A DNA stretch of 33,990 nt, taken from positions 1 through 33,990 of the forward strand of contig JAYUVP010000081.1 of assembly GCA_043753995.1 (NCBI GenBank). The letters are read 5' to 3'. This DNA comes from Fibrobacterota bacterium. Its GTDB lineage: Bacteria; Fibrobacterota; Fibrobacteria; UBA11236. The position numbers and the translations under genes were made by a program. Below, one piece after another: positions 17,278 to 26,359 of the stretch. The notes beneath the pieces were generated by a model that was not told the DNA's origin, searched no databases, and saw nothing but the letters and a program-made list of their open reading frames with translations. Position 1 is the first letter of the stretch. The number at the start of each line of letters is the position of its first letter.

Positions 17278-17949
17278 ATGATCACTTCCATCACCTGGTT
17301 AGGTGTCGGTCTGGGCATTGTTGTCGCCGGTATTCTGGCGGCGCTATTCTGGATCAAAAGCCGCAGGACCTTACGGCAAGGGAAAGCGAAGAGCGGCCTT
17401 ATTATCGCTGGAGTGGGCGCCGACCTGGAAAGCAAACCCCCCGAACCCTTACCACCGTCCTCTCCGCCCCAGAAAAACGGACCCTATGAGCCGCGCAAAA
17501 ATCGAAAGTCCGTGCCCGATAGTGAGGAGGAGCCGGTTTCGCCAAAATCTTCGCCCAAAAGCTTAGCGGATATTCTCCAGGCACCTACCGGTTTGCAAGG
17601 GACCTTGGCCCAAGTACCCGTTCACGATTTCCTCCAATTTCTCGCCCAGGGCAAGCGCTCGGGTGTGCTTCATGTCGTTAGCGGCAGGCGGCTTGGTTAT
17701 GTGAAGTTTTCCGGTGGCAGGATAGCCCATTGTTCTTTCCGGGGGTGTTTCGGTCTTGTCGCCCTTCAGGCCATGTTGAAATTGAATGAGGGCGATTTCG
17801 AATTTTTTGAGGGCCCGGAGGCTCATTTGCCAGTCCAAGCCGAAGGGGGTGAGCCGCACTCGCCCATGGACGTGGTGGAAACCTTATTGCAATTCGACGC
17901 CCGCAATCGGGCCGGAGTCAAACTTTCTTCCGAAGAGGGTGAGAATTGA
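17278..17949 (+). CDS. Membrane-anchored DUF4388 (PATAN-like) domain protein
   Basis: N-terminal TM helix, Pro/Lys-rich linker, then LQGTLAQVPVHDFLQFLAQGKRSGVLHV...G.V.F.GGRI.H...EGDFEF, the DUF4388 pattern. Starts 7 nt after rel. Confidence 0.8.
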   Translation: MITSITWLGVGLGIVVAGILAALFWIKSRRTLRQGKAKSGLIIAGVGADLESKPPEPLPPSSPPQKNGPYEPRKNRKSVPDSEEEPVSPKSSPKSLADILQAPTGLQGTLAQVPVHDFLQFLAQGKRSGVLHVVSGRRLGYVKFSGGRIAHCSFRGCFGLVALQAMLKLNEGDFEFFEGPEAHLPVQAEGGEPHSPMDVVETLLQFDARNRAGVKLSSEEGEN

Positions 17950-18557
17950 GCGCGCTGATGTTTCGCCGCAACCGAGCATTTTTCGCGCGCGCGCGCGACG
18001 AAGCCTATCGGCAAACCTATTTGCGATTTCAAGAGCTGCAAAAGGCCTTGAAAAACCCCCTTAATCAGGAAAAGGAGGCCTTGCGATCTTTGGACGCTTT
18101 CATCCTCTCCCTGGAAGAGGTCTTTGATCCGGCTTCCGAAGCCATACGCGGATTGAAGCGGCGCCATATTAGAATGTATCGAGAAGATCCGGAGTATGGC
18201 ATTCTGGAAGAGGAGGTCGTGCTTTGCCATTTTCTTGAGGAAATGCTGAGTAATACCCGTTTTTTGCGCGCTCGCTTGAATACCGATTTCAAGCTGAGGC
18301 TTTACCGTCAGCGCCTGAGTCGAATACAAGCCCATGCGCCCGTGGGAGATGGTTTTATCAGCCGGATTTTGGAAACCGTCGATCGCTTTCAAGGCACCGA
18401 ATGGGTGGACATAGGCAAGGTGCTTGAAATGATGGATCAGCGTTGGCAGGTGGGCAATAGCCTCTTTGGCGTCATTCGCCAAAAGCTGGGGCACTGGATC
18501 AAAAACCCAATAAGCCTTGCCTCCGAAAGCCCTCCTGATGGGAAAATCGAGGCATAG
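17946..18557 (+). CDS. Hypothetical alpha-helical protein (about 200 aa)
   Basis: Fills the gap to the fusA promoter; TTGA start/stop overlap with the upstream gene (alternative ATG 17958). No family recognised. Confidence 0.7.
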   Translation: MSALMFRRNRAFFARARDEAYRQTYLRFQELQKALKNPLNQEKEALRSLDAFILSLEEVFDPASEAIRGLKRRHIRMYREDPEYGILEEEVVLCHFLEEMLSNTRFLRARLNTDFKLRLYRQRLSRIQAHAPVGDGFISRILETVDRFQGTEWVDIGKVLEMMDQRWQVGNSLFGVIRQKLGHWIKNPISLASESPPDGKIEA

Positions 18558-18589
18558 GGTCAATTCGACGCAAGGAAAAGCGGCCAAAC

Positions 18590-18618
18590 TTGAAGGCCCT
18601 CACCCGAGGAGCTAAATT
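18590..18618 (+). promoter_or_regulatory. sigma70-type promoter for fusA
   Basis: TTGAAG (18590-18595), 17 nt, TAAATT (18613-18618), 30 nt before the ATG. Confidence 0.6.
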
Positions 18619-18648
18619 GGTCCCCTTTTTGAAACTACGGAACCGACC

Positions 18649-20787
18649 ATGAGACCTCTCGACAACCTTCGCAATATCGGTATCAGCGCGCATATCGATT
18701 CCGGCAAGACCACGCTCACCGAGCGTATCCTCTTTTATACCGGCATGATTCACCAGATTCACGAGGTGAAGGGCAAGGACGGCGTGGGCGCCACCATGGA
18801 TTCCATGGATTTGGAGCGTGAGCGCGGTATCACCATTCAATCAGCTTGTACCCGTGTGCAGTGGAGCAAGCCCCCGTCTTATTTGAATGCTGAAGAAGCC
18901 AAGCACACCAATATCAACATCATCGATACCCCCGGACACGTCGATTTCACAATAGAAGTGGAGCGCTCCCTACGCGTTTTGGACGGCGCCATCCTGGTGC
19001 TCTGCGGCGTCTCGGGCGTTCAGTCCCAATCCATCACGGTGGATCGCCAAATGCGCCGCTATCAAGTGCCGCGCGTGGCCTTCATCAACAAGCTGGATCG
19101 TTCAGGCGCGAATGCCTACCGCGTGACTGAGCAGTTGCGCGACAAGCTCAGCCACAATGCCGCCATGGTGCAGATTCCCATCGGCGCCGAAGACAAATTC
19201 GAAGGCTTGGTCGATTTATTGACTATGAAGGCCTATCGTTTCGAAGGGGCCAGTGGTGAAACCGCCGTCGAAATCCCCATTCCCGACAATTTATTGGCTA
19301 CCGCCAAAGAGCGTCGCACCATGCTTTTCGATAACTTGTCCAATTTCTCGGACGAACTCACCGAAGTCCTGCTCGACGAAAAAGAACCCTCCCTCGAATT
19401 GCTTAAAAAGGTGATTCGCGAAGCCACCGTGGCGATGAAACTCACTCCGGTATTCATGGGTTCCGCTTTCAAAAACAAGGGCGTGCAATTGCTGCTTGAC
19501 GGCGTCGCCGACTTTTTGCCGAGCCCCTATGACGTGGAAAACATCGCTCTTGACATCACCAAGAACGAAGAAAAAATGGTGATGGAGTCCGACTCTTCCA
19601 AGCCATTCGTGGGCTACGCTTTCAAGCTGGAAGAAGGTCGTTTCGGCCAGCTGACTTATTTGCGCGTCTATCAAGGTCGCGTCGACAAGGGCAAGCCGAT
19701 TTACAATCAAACCACCAAGAAAAAGCACAATGTGGGCCGCTTGGTTCGTATGCACGCCAATGAAATGGGCGACATCACCAGCGCCGAAGCCGGCGACATC
19801 GTGGCCTTGTTCGGCATTGATTGCGCAACAGGAACGACCTTCACCGACGGAACTCTTGAAGTCAATATGACTTCCATGTTCGTTCCCAGCGCCGTGATTG
19901 ACCTGGTCATAGAGGCGAAGAATCGCGACCATCTGGCCAATCTTTCCAAGGCCCTCAATCGCTTCACCAAGGAAGACCCGACCTTCCGCGTCAAGCTCGA
20001 CGAGGAAAGCGGTCAGACCATTATTTCCGGTATGGGTGAGCTTCATCTCGAAGTCTATATCGAGCGCATGCGTCGTGAATACGGCGTTGATTTGACCACG
20101 GGACGTCCGCAAGTAGCCTTTCGCGAGGCCATCACGCAACGTGCCGATTTCAGCTATACCCACAAGAAACAAACGGGTGGTTCGGGTCAATTCGCCAAGG
20201 TGGCGGGTTATATCGAACCGATTCCCGAAGGCGAACTCGAAGGCCAGAATTATGAATTCGTCGACGACATCGTCGGTGGTTCCATTCCCCGCGAATTCAT
20301 CCCTTCTTGCGACAAAGGCTTTCAGTCCTGTATGCCAGCGGGTGCGGTCATCGGCTTCCCGATTGTGCGCATGCGTTGCGTCGTCAATGACGGTGCCATG
20401 CATCCTGTCGACTCCTCGGATTTGGCTTTCCAGTTGGCTTCTCGCCAGGGCTTCCGCGAAGCTTATGGCAAGGCCAAGCCGATTATTCTTGAGCCCATCA
20501 TGAAGCTCGAAGTTTCGGCTCCTACCGAATTCCATGGCACGGTCATGGGCCAAATCAATCAGAAGCGCGGCATGATCACGGGATCCACCGAAGAGCATAA
20601 TTTCACCATCGTGACCGCCGACGTTCCCCTTTCGGAAATGTTCGGCTATGCCACCGATTTGCGCTCGGCCACCCAGGGCAAGGCGGAATTCACCATGGAA
20701 TTCTTGAAATACGCTCCGGCTCCGAAAACGGTCTCCGAAGAATTGATCAAGAAGTATTCGGCGAATGCGAATCGCCGTCTGGAATAA
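18649..20787 (+). CDS. fusA: Elongation factor G (spdEFG1/mitochondrial EF-G1-like subfamily)
   Basis: [69 protein letters not shown] and HPVDSS. Confidence 0.96.
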   Translation: MRPLDNLRNIGISAHIDSGKTTLTERILFYTGMIHQIHEVKGKDGVGATMDSMDLERERGITIQSACTRVQWSKPPSYLNAEEAKHTNINIIDTPGHVDFTIEVERSLRVLDGAILVLCGVSGVQSQSITVDRQMRRYQVPRVAFINKLDRSGANAYRVTEQLRDKLSHNAAMVQIPIGAEDKFEGLVDLLTMKAYRFEGASGETAVEIPIPDNLLATAKERRTMLFDNLSNFSDELTEVLLDEKEPSLELLKKVIREATVAMKLTPVFMGSAFKNKGVQLLLDGVADFLPSPYDVENIALDITKNEEKMVMESDSSKPFVGYAFKLEEGRFGQLTYLRVYQGRVDKGKPIYNQTTKKKHNVGRLVRMHANEMGDITSAEAGDIVALFGIDCATGTTFTDGTLEVNMTSMFVPSAVIDLVIEAKNRDHLANLSKALNRFTKEDPTFRVKLDEESGQTIISGMGELHLEVYIERMRREYGVDLTTGRPQVAFREAITQRADFSYTHKKQTGGSGQFAKVAGYIEPIPEGELEGQNYEFVDDIVGGSIPREFIPSCDKGFQSCMPAGAVIGFPIVRMRCVVNDGAMHPVDSSDLAFQLASRQGFREAYGKAKPIILEPIMKLEVSAPTEFHGTVMGQINQKRGMITGSTEEHNFTIVTADVPLSEMFGYATDLRSATQGKAEFTMEFLKYAPAPKTVSEELIKKYSANANRRLE

Positions 20788-20835
20788 AACCATCCGAAGG
20801 GGTTAACCTTTCGGCATCGTTTGTAAAGCCCTGAG

Positions 20836-20868
20836 GCCCCCGGATTCGAAAGAGTTCGGGGGCTTTTT
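20836..20868 (+). terminator. Intrinsic terminator after fusA
   Basis: GCCCCCGGATTC-GAAA-GAGTTCGGGGGC (12 bp with 2 G-U pairs, GNRA loop) plus TTTTT. A second hairpin lies at 20794-20814. Confidence 0.85.
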
Positions 20869-20870
20869 AT

Positions 20871-22028
20871 TTACGACAGCGGAGCCAAGCCACCCTTGCG
20901 TAACCAATCATTGATATCCTGTCCCGGCGGCAAGCGCATGCGATGCGCGGCAATGCCGGCCTCGCCTAGCAAGGCTTCGACGCGATGGGCACCCGCTTCC
21001 CCTGCGGGGTCGGGATCGAAGAAAATGAAAACGCTTTTGTCGTGAAAGAGGGGTACCCAAGCGGGTTTGAAATTCGCCGCGCCGGGTACGCCCACCGAGG
21101 GGAAGCCTTGTTCCAGCAAGGTGAGGGTATCGATGACGCCCTCGCATAAATACACATGCCGCACAGCAGATTGTAAAAGCGGGGCATTGTAGGGCAAGGG
21201 AATGCTTCCGCTCAGCGATAATTCTTTGGGGCTGACCGTTGACGTCAAGGCACGTGCCTGCAAATAAATGGGTTTGTTTTCCTTATCGAAATAAGGAAAT
21301 AACAGCACATGGCGGTAATAGCGCAAATGCCCCTCGGCATTGAATAGGCCCATACGTATCAAGGTTTCCAAGCCAAAGCGATCCACTAGGGCGCGGCTGA
21401 TGCGGCCATAATCGTCTATCCATCGCAAGCCTTGCTTTTCCCAGGTGTGTTTGAAAATACGCCGAGATTGCAAATACTTCGCCGCGGCTCCCGAAATGGG
21501 AGAGCTCAATTCCAATAAACCCTGTAGCACTTCTGTGCGTTCGGCGGCCGGGTCTTTCGTTGTGGTCGGGATTTCAGTCTCGGCTTGCAGTAAGTTTTTT
21601 TCAGAGCTCAATTGCGGGGACGCAGCCGGTATCTGGACTTGATCCCTTGTTGCCGATTTTCTTTCGGCCTGAGGCGGGAAGGGTGGCTTCGGGCCTAAAG
21701 ATTTTGGAATTGGGCGATACTCTGACGGATTCGTGCTCGGCATGCCGCTTTGACGCCGCAACCATTGAATGGCCTCACCGAAGCTAAAGCCCTGAATGAG
21801 GCGTACCAAGTCGATGACATCGCCTTTGACATCGGGGCAAACCCAACATTTGAAGCTGCCGCGATCGGGCCAAAGCGTCACCGAGGCGGTTCTATCGCCA
21901 TGTGTATGTCTATCGGGTCGTGGACATCGGATTTTATGGGCGACGACAACTAGGCCCAGGGCTTGCGCCACGGCTTCGATGGGATTGGCTTGCTTTAGGT
22001 CTTCAAGTTCGGCTTTATCCAAAAGCAT
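20871..22028 (-). CDS. Short DnaG-like primase (CHC2-type zinc finger + TOPRIM), no helicase-binding domain
   Basis: CPRPDRH..D..AS...FKCWVC..KGDVIDLV, YLQSRRI, LLFPY, YLCEGVID, VGVPG, FFDPDPAG and DINDW at the very C-terminus. Confidence 0.88.
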   Translation of the reverse strand: MLLDKAELEDLKQANPIEAVAQALGLVVVAHKIRCPRPDRHTHGDRTASVTLWPDRGSFKCWVCPDVKGDVIDLVRLIQGFSFGEAIQWLRRQSGMPSTNPSEYRPIPKSLGPKPPFPPQAERKSATRDQVQIPAASPQLSSEKNLLQAETEIPTTTKDPAAERTEVLQGLLELSSPISGAAAKYLQSRRIFKHTWEKQGLRWIDDYGRISRALVDRFGLETLIRMGLFNAEGHLRYYRHVLLFPYFDKENKPIYLQARALTSTVSPKELSLSGSIPLPYNAPLLQSAVRHVYLCEGVIDTLTLLEQGFPSVGVPGAANFKPAWVPLFHDKSVFIFFDPDPAGEAGAHRVEALLGEAGIAAHRMRLPPGQDINDWLRKGGLAPLS

Positions 22029-22070
22029 GAGAATAAGGTAGGATAGGCCGGGTTAGGGTATTTTTCGGTC
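22029..22070. promoter_or_regulatory. Candidate bidirectional leaderless promoter between the short primase and murB
   Basis: TATTTT-6 nt-ATG on plus (22059-22064) and TACCTT-6 nt-ATG on minus (22040-22035). No clear Shine-Dalgarno sequence on either strand. Confidence 0.55.
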
Positions 22071-22958
22071 ATGGCCTTGCTAATGCGTGAACATGTGCCC
22101 TTGGCACCCTTGACCTCATTCAAGGTAGGTGGGGCTGCCCGCTGGTTTGCTGAACCCGCCACCAGCGAGGAATTCGCTGAGGCTGTGGCTTTCGCCCACC
22201 GCGACTCTTTGCCTTACTTTTTGCTCGGCAAAGGCACCAATTTGGTTTTCAGCGATGCCGGTTTCCCCGGGGTGGTGATTGCCACCGCCTCGCGCTTTCA
22301 AGGGATTGAGTGGGACGGAGCGCGCGTCACGGCACAAGCAGGGGCCTTGCTGCATACCGTGGTGGGCCAAGCCGTAAAGCGCGGCATGTCCGGGATCGAG
22401 CGTTTGGCGGGAATACCAGGTACCATGGGAGGCGGTACCTATATCAATGCGGGAGCCTTCGATCAGGAATTAAAAGACGTTGTGACTTCGGTCATTTCTT
22501 GCACGCCTGCGGGAGAACGGCGTCAGCGATCGGCAGCCGAATGCGGCTTCGCTTATCGCCATTCACGCTTTTTCGAATGGGATGAAATCATCCTCGAAAC
22601 CGTGATGGAGTTAAAACCAGGGAATCCTGTCGATATCGAAGCCGCACAGCGGGACATTCTCTTGCGGCGAAAGGATAAGCAACCCCTGCAACTGCCCAAT
22701 GCCGGCAGCATGTTTAAGCGCCCACCAGGCACCTATGCGGGCTTGTTGATTGAGCAGGCTGGCCTCAAGGGATTGCGCTGCGGCGGCGCGCAAATATCCG
22801 AAAAGCACGCGAACTTCACGGTAAACACCGGCGGGGCCACAGCCCAGGAGATATGGGATCTTACTTCCGATGTAATTTCGCGGGTACGCGAACATTGCGG
22901 CATTACCTTAGAGCGCGAAGTGATTTTTGTTGGAGACTTTCTCCGATGGCCGAGGTGA
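22071..22958 (+). CDS. murB: UDP-N-acetylmuramate dehydrogenase
   Basis: LTSFKVGG, LGKGTNLV, AGIPGTMGG..YINAGAF, FAYRHS, QPLQLPNAGSMFKRP, SEKHANF and LEREV. Confidence 0.96.
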   Translation: MALLMREHVPLAPLTSFKVGGAARWFAEPATSEEFAEAVAFAHRDSLPYFLLGKGTNLVFSDAGFPGVVIATASRFQGIEWDGARVTAQAGALLHTVVGQAVKRGMSGIERLAGIPGTMGGGTYINAGAFDQELKDVVTSVISCTPAGERRQRSAAECGFAYRHSRFFEWDEIILETVMELKPGNPVDIEAAQRDILLRRKDKQPLQLPNAGSMFKRPPGTYAGLLIEQAGLKGLRCGGAQISEKHANFTVNTGGATAQEIWDLTSDVISRVREHCGITLEREVIFVGDFLRWPR

Positions 22959-22961
22959 TGC

Positions 22962-23447
22962 ATGCAAATGAGCCGTAAACATTTTTGGATTTACGATGTC
23001 GTTCTACCGGCCATTGGCGTTGGCTTGGTTGGAGCGTGGCTTTCCGATCGGTTCGCCGAAAGCGCCATGCTATGGGGCGACAGCGTGGCCCTAGGTGGCT
23101 TCGGCGCTTGGTTTCGCCACAGTGAATTTCGCAATTTCGCGTGGAATTATTCCGAATGGTTTTTTTCGGCCCTACCCATGGCGGTATGGTTGTTCTGGCG
23201 ACGGATGAATCGCCAAACTGATTTGCTCACCGGCAAGACAACTTGGGACCGCCCTATTTATCAACTCTTGCGAGACTTTTTTCTTTGGGTCGAGGACGGT
23301 GGGGAAGTGGCAGCCTTGCGTCGTGATTATGAAGCCCGTCTCGCGCATCAAGCCGAAAAAATTCGCCAGCTTGACGACGAAATGAATCGCGTCGAAGATT
23401 ATCATGCCCAAGTCGATGCTCAATTCAGGGAAAATCCCCTGCTTTAA
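22962..23447 (+). CDS. Hypothetical Trp-rich membrane protein with C-terminal coiled coil
   Basis: Starts 3 nt after the murB stop; hydrophobic N-terminal segments, then a charged heptad-like helix. Start may be 22968. Confidence 0.7.
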   Translation: MQMSRKHFWIYDVVLPAIGVGLVGAWLSDRFAESAMLWGDSVALGGFGAWFRHSEFRNFAWNYSEWFFSALPMAVWLFWRRMNRQTDLLTGKTTWDRPIYQLLRDFFLWVEDGGEVAALRRDYEARLAHQAEKIRQLDDEMNRVEDYHAQVDAQFRENPLL

Positions 23448-23460
23448 TGATTGGCCGTAC

Positions 23461-24138
23461 ATGAAGCGTTATTGGTTTTTGTTTTTCGGCTTAATGGCTT
23501 TTTTTCTTGTCTTATTCGGCTTAGCTGAAATCCTGCAAATACCCTTACTTGTGGATCCCACGCCCTGGCTTCGCCAAGCCGGCCCTTCGGCCATGGTCAT
23601 TGGGGTAGGCTTGCTCATTCTCGATGTGCTATTGCCGGTGCCTTCCAGCGTAGTCATGGTTTTACATGGCGCGCTTTTCGGCTTGATTTGGGGAGCCTTG
23701 CTTTCCTTGATTGGTTGTCTTGGCGCGGCCACTTTCGGCTTTGCCCTGGGCCGCCGCGGCGGAGCGATATTAGAGCGCTTAGTGACACAAGAGGAGAAAC
23801 GCCGCGCCGATGCGCTTTTAATGCGCTGGGGCGCCATGGCCGTTCTTATCACGCGCCCTTTGCCACTCGTGGCCGAAGCCACCGCCATTCTCGCGGGCGC
23901 ATCTCCCATGTCTTGGGGCCGCATGCTTATCGCCGCATTTTTGGGATCTTTACCCGCGAGTGTGCTTTATGCCTGGGCGGGATCCAGGTCGGCCGAAATC
24001 ACGGACGGTTTGCTCATGTTTGCCGCTGTCATTGCCCTTGCCGGGCTCTTTTGGGGAATCAGCCGAATCGTGGAAAGGCGCCTGCACCAAAAAGCGATTG
24101 GCCATTCCGCGACCTCGATGCCTAGGTCAAAACTTTAA
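23461..24138 (+). CDS. DedA/TVP38 (SNARE-associated, VTT domain) membrane protein
   Basis: DVLLPVPSSVVM..HGALFG, FALGRRG, TRPLPLVAE...AGAS.M..RML...GSLP. ATG 23461 preferred. Confidence 0.88.
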   Translation: MKRYWFLFFGLMAFFLVLFGLAEILQIPLLVDPTPWLRQAGPSAMVIGVGLLILDVLLPVPSSVVMVLHGALFGLIWGALLSLIGCLGAATFGFALGRRGGAILERLVTQEEKRRADALLMRWGAMAVLITRPLPLVAEATAILAGASPMSWGRMLIAAFLGSLPASVLYAWAGSRSAEITDGLLMFAAVIALAGLFWGISRIVERRLHQKAIGHSATSMPRSKL

Positions 24139-24397
24139 GCCCCAGTTTGTCCGCTTCTAGTGGGGTCTTGCTGCGATTTAAGGCTGTCACCACCCAATCG
24201 CCATTGCGCCGCGCCAGCTCCATGTACAAGCCTTTGAAATAAGCCGACTCGGTCAATTGTCCGCCCCAACCGAAGCGCATTCCTTCCCATGTCTCAGCGG
24301 GTTGACCTTTTTCGCGCAAATGCTTTTCGGCCAAAGCCGCGAAATCGGAGGGCTGAAAATGGTCGCAGTTACCGTATTGGTGATCGATTTCTGACAT
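24122..24397 (-). CDS. Small hypothetical protein (about 91 aa)
   Basis: Fills the gap between DedA and DinB with a globular-looking sequence MSEIDHQYGNCDHF...; 17-bp tail-to-tail overlap with DedA. Start could be 24403. Confidence 0.6.
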   Translation of the reverse strand: MSEIDHQYGNCDHFQPSDFAALAEKHLREKGQPAETWEGMRFGWGGQLTESAYFKGLYMELARRNGDWVVTALNRSKTPLEADKLGLKVLT

Positions 24398-24422
24398 GGC
24401 CATTAGATACATTTCGCAGACC

Positions 24423-24953
24423 ATGACGACCGTAAATCCACCTGAGACCATTCGCAATATCTCCGAAACTTATTGGGCGGCTTTGTTAGCCCGCGCGCCC
24501 CAAGGGGACTTGGTTGAGGAATTGGAGCGCCATTCCCAAACCGTGCTCGACAAGCTCGATTCGGTTACCGACGAAAACCTTGACTTCGCCTATGCTCCCG
24601 GAAAATGGACGGTGCGGCAATTGATTGGGCATTTACTCGATACCCATATGGTTTTCATTTATCGGGCCACCTGCTTTTCTCGCGGAGAAACCCACGCGCT
24701 ACCAGGTTTTGATGAAAATGCCTATACCGAGAATTGGCTGGCATCACGCGCGTCTGCGGCCCAGCTTGTCCGGGCCTATGCGCGCTTGAGTCAGGCTACG
24801 GTTTCCCTTGTCTCCTTGATGTTACCCGAGCTGTGGCAAAGAGCGGGCATTGCCAATGGTACCCGGGTGAATGGGGAACAAATGCTGCGCATTTTGATGA
24901 GCCATGAAAGCCATCATCTCGGAATTCTCACCAGCCGTTATGGATTGGGATAA
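24423..24953 (+). CDS. DinB/YfiT superfamily protein
   Basis: YAPGKWTVRQLIGHLLD, LPGFDENAY and SHESHH (metal-binding His triad). ATG 24423 preferred. Confidence 0.88.
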   Translation: MTTVNPPETIRNISETYWAALLARAPQGDLVEELERHSQTVLDKLDSVTDENLDFAYAPGKWTVRQLIGHLLDTHMVFIYRATCFSRGETHALPGFDENAYTENWLASRASAAQLVRAYARLSQATVSLVSLMLPELWQRAGIANGTRVNGEQMLRILMSHESHHLGILTSRYGLG

Positions 24954-24957
24954 AAGC

Positions 24958-26310
24958 ATGGCTAAGTCCTCAAAAAATATCGCGACCTCGAAATCCCCGA
25001 TCGCCTTGAAAGGCTCCACGGCTGCTGGCCCCATGGCCATCTTTGCGGTTAAGAAGGCCAAACATGCCGAAGTGAAGCGCCTCGCCGAGCGAGAACCCAG
25101 CCCATCGCCGGAAATCACCTTGGCCGTGCAATCCATTCTGAAACAGGTGCGCCAGGGTGGCCATTCCACCGTGTTGGAATTGGCGCGTCGCCACGACGGC
25201 CTGCAAGGTGCCTTGTCGCCCTCGCCAGCAGTCTTGAAGCGACTCGCTACCCGCTGCAAGCCCGAAGTGCGGGCAGCCATCGACAAAGCCATCGCCAATG
25301 TGCGTCGCTTTCATCTTAAGCAGCGCGAAAAAAGTTGGAGCTTTCGCGGGCCCGACGGTGAAATGCTCGGGCAAGTCATTCGCCCCCTGCGCCGCGTTGG
25401 CGTTTATGTGCCGGGAGGCAAGGGCATTTATCCCAGCACCCTCATCATGAATGTCGTGCCCGCCCAAGTGGCTGGCGTTAAGTCCATCGCCGTGGTCACT
25501 CCCGCGCCCTTGGGGCTGTCGCCCGAAGTGGCCTATGCCGCCGTGGCCCTAGGTCTTGACGAAATCCACTTGGTCGGCGGCGCTCAAGCCGTTGGCATGC
25601 TGGCTTATGGCACGGAGAAGGTGGAGCGCGTCGATAAAATCGTGGGACCTGGTAATGTTTATGCCGCCGTGGCCAAGCGCGAAGTTTTCGGTACGGTCGA
25701 CATCGACATGATTGCCGGTCCCTCAGAAATACTTGTGCTTGCCGATGATAGCGCCGATCCCGATTGGGTGGCGGCGGATTTGCTTTCCCAGGCCGAGCAT
25801 GGCTCGGGATATGAAGCCGCCATTTGCATCACCACCTCGGCTCGTCAAGCCGATCTCATTGCGGCCTGTGTGGCACAGCAAGTTGAAGGCTCTCCCAAGC
25901 GCGAAGCGTTAGAGGCCTGCCTGCAACGCTTCGGACGCATTTTCGTGGTACCGAATTGGGATATTGGCTGTGAAATTGCCGATGCCCTGGCCCCTGAGCA
26001 TTTGGAAATTCTCACTCGCAAGCCTCAGCTATTGCAAAAGCGAATTCAGAATGCCGGCGCCATTTTCCTCGGGGCTTATAGCTCTGAGCCAGTGGGTGAT
26101 TATTTCGCGGGACCGAATCACGTTTTGCCAACCAATGGCTCGGCCCGATTTTTCAGCCCGCTTGGCGTTTACGATTTTTACAAGCGTACCAGTTTAATCG
26201 ACTATGGCGCCAAAGCCTTGAAGAAGCACGGAGCCAGCATAGCCGCCCTAGCCGACGCCGAAGGCTTTATTCATCATGCGGCGGCGGTGCGCAAGCGATT
26301 GTCGGATTGA
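24958..26310 (+). CDS. hisD: Histidinol dehydrogenase
   Basis: GVYVPGG, YPST.IMN, GGAQAV, KIVGPGN, IDMIAGPSE, SQAEH, APEHL and GDYFAGPNHVLPT. Start at ATG 24958 or 25033. Confidence 0.95.
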   Translation: MAKSSKNIATSKSPIALKGSTAAGPMAIFAVKKAKHAEVKRLAEREPSPSPEITLAVQSILKQVRQGGHSTVLELARRHDGLQGALSPSPAVLKRLATRCKPEVRAAIDKAIANVRRFHLKQREKSWSFRGPDGEMLGQVIRPLRRVGVYVPGGKGIYPSTLIMNVVPAQVAGVKSIAVVTPAPLGLSPEVAYAAVALGLDEIHLVGGAQAVGMLAYGTEKVERVDKIVGPGNVYAAVAKREVFGTVDIDMIAGPSEILVLADDSADPDWVAADLLSQAEHGSGYEAAICITTSARQADLIAACVAQQVEGSPKREALEACLQRFGRIFVVPNWDIGCEIADALAPEHLEILTRKPQLLQKRIQNAGAIFLGAYSSEPVGDYFAGPNHVLPTNGSARFFSPLGVYDFYKRTSLIDYGAKALKKHGASIAALADAEGFIHHAAAVRKRLSD

Positions 26311-26359
26311 TGCTGAGACGTTCCGCCGCATAGGTATTGAGTCTCTTCAACGCACGACT

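Noticed and set aside
19291..20793. 500-aa minus-strand ORF antisense to fusA (likewise 15117-16247 opposite rel, and the ORFs opposite alaS)
   Set aside because: Codon-register mirror of a highly biased gene with no recognisable domain.
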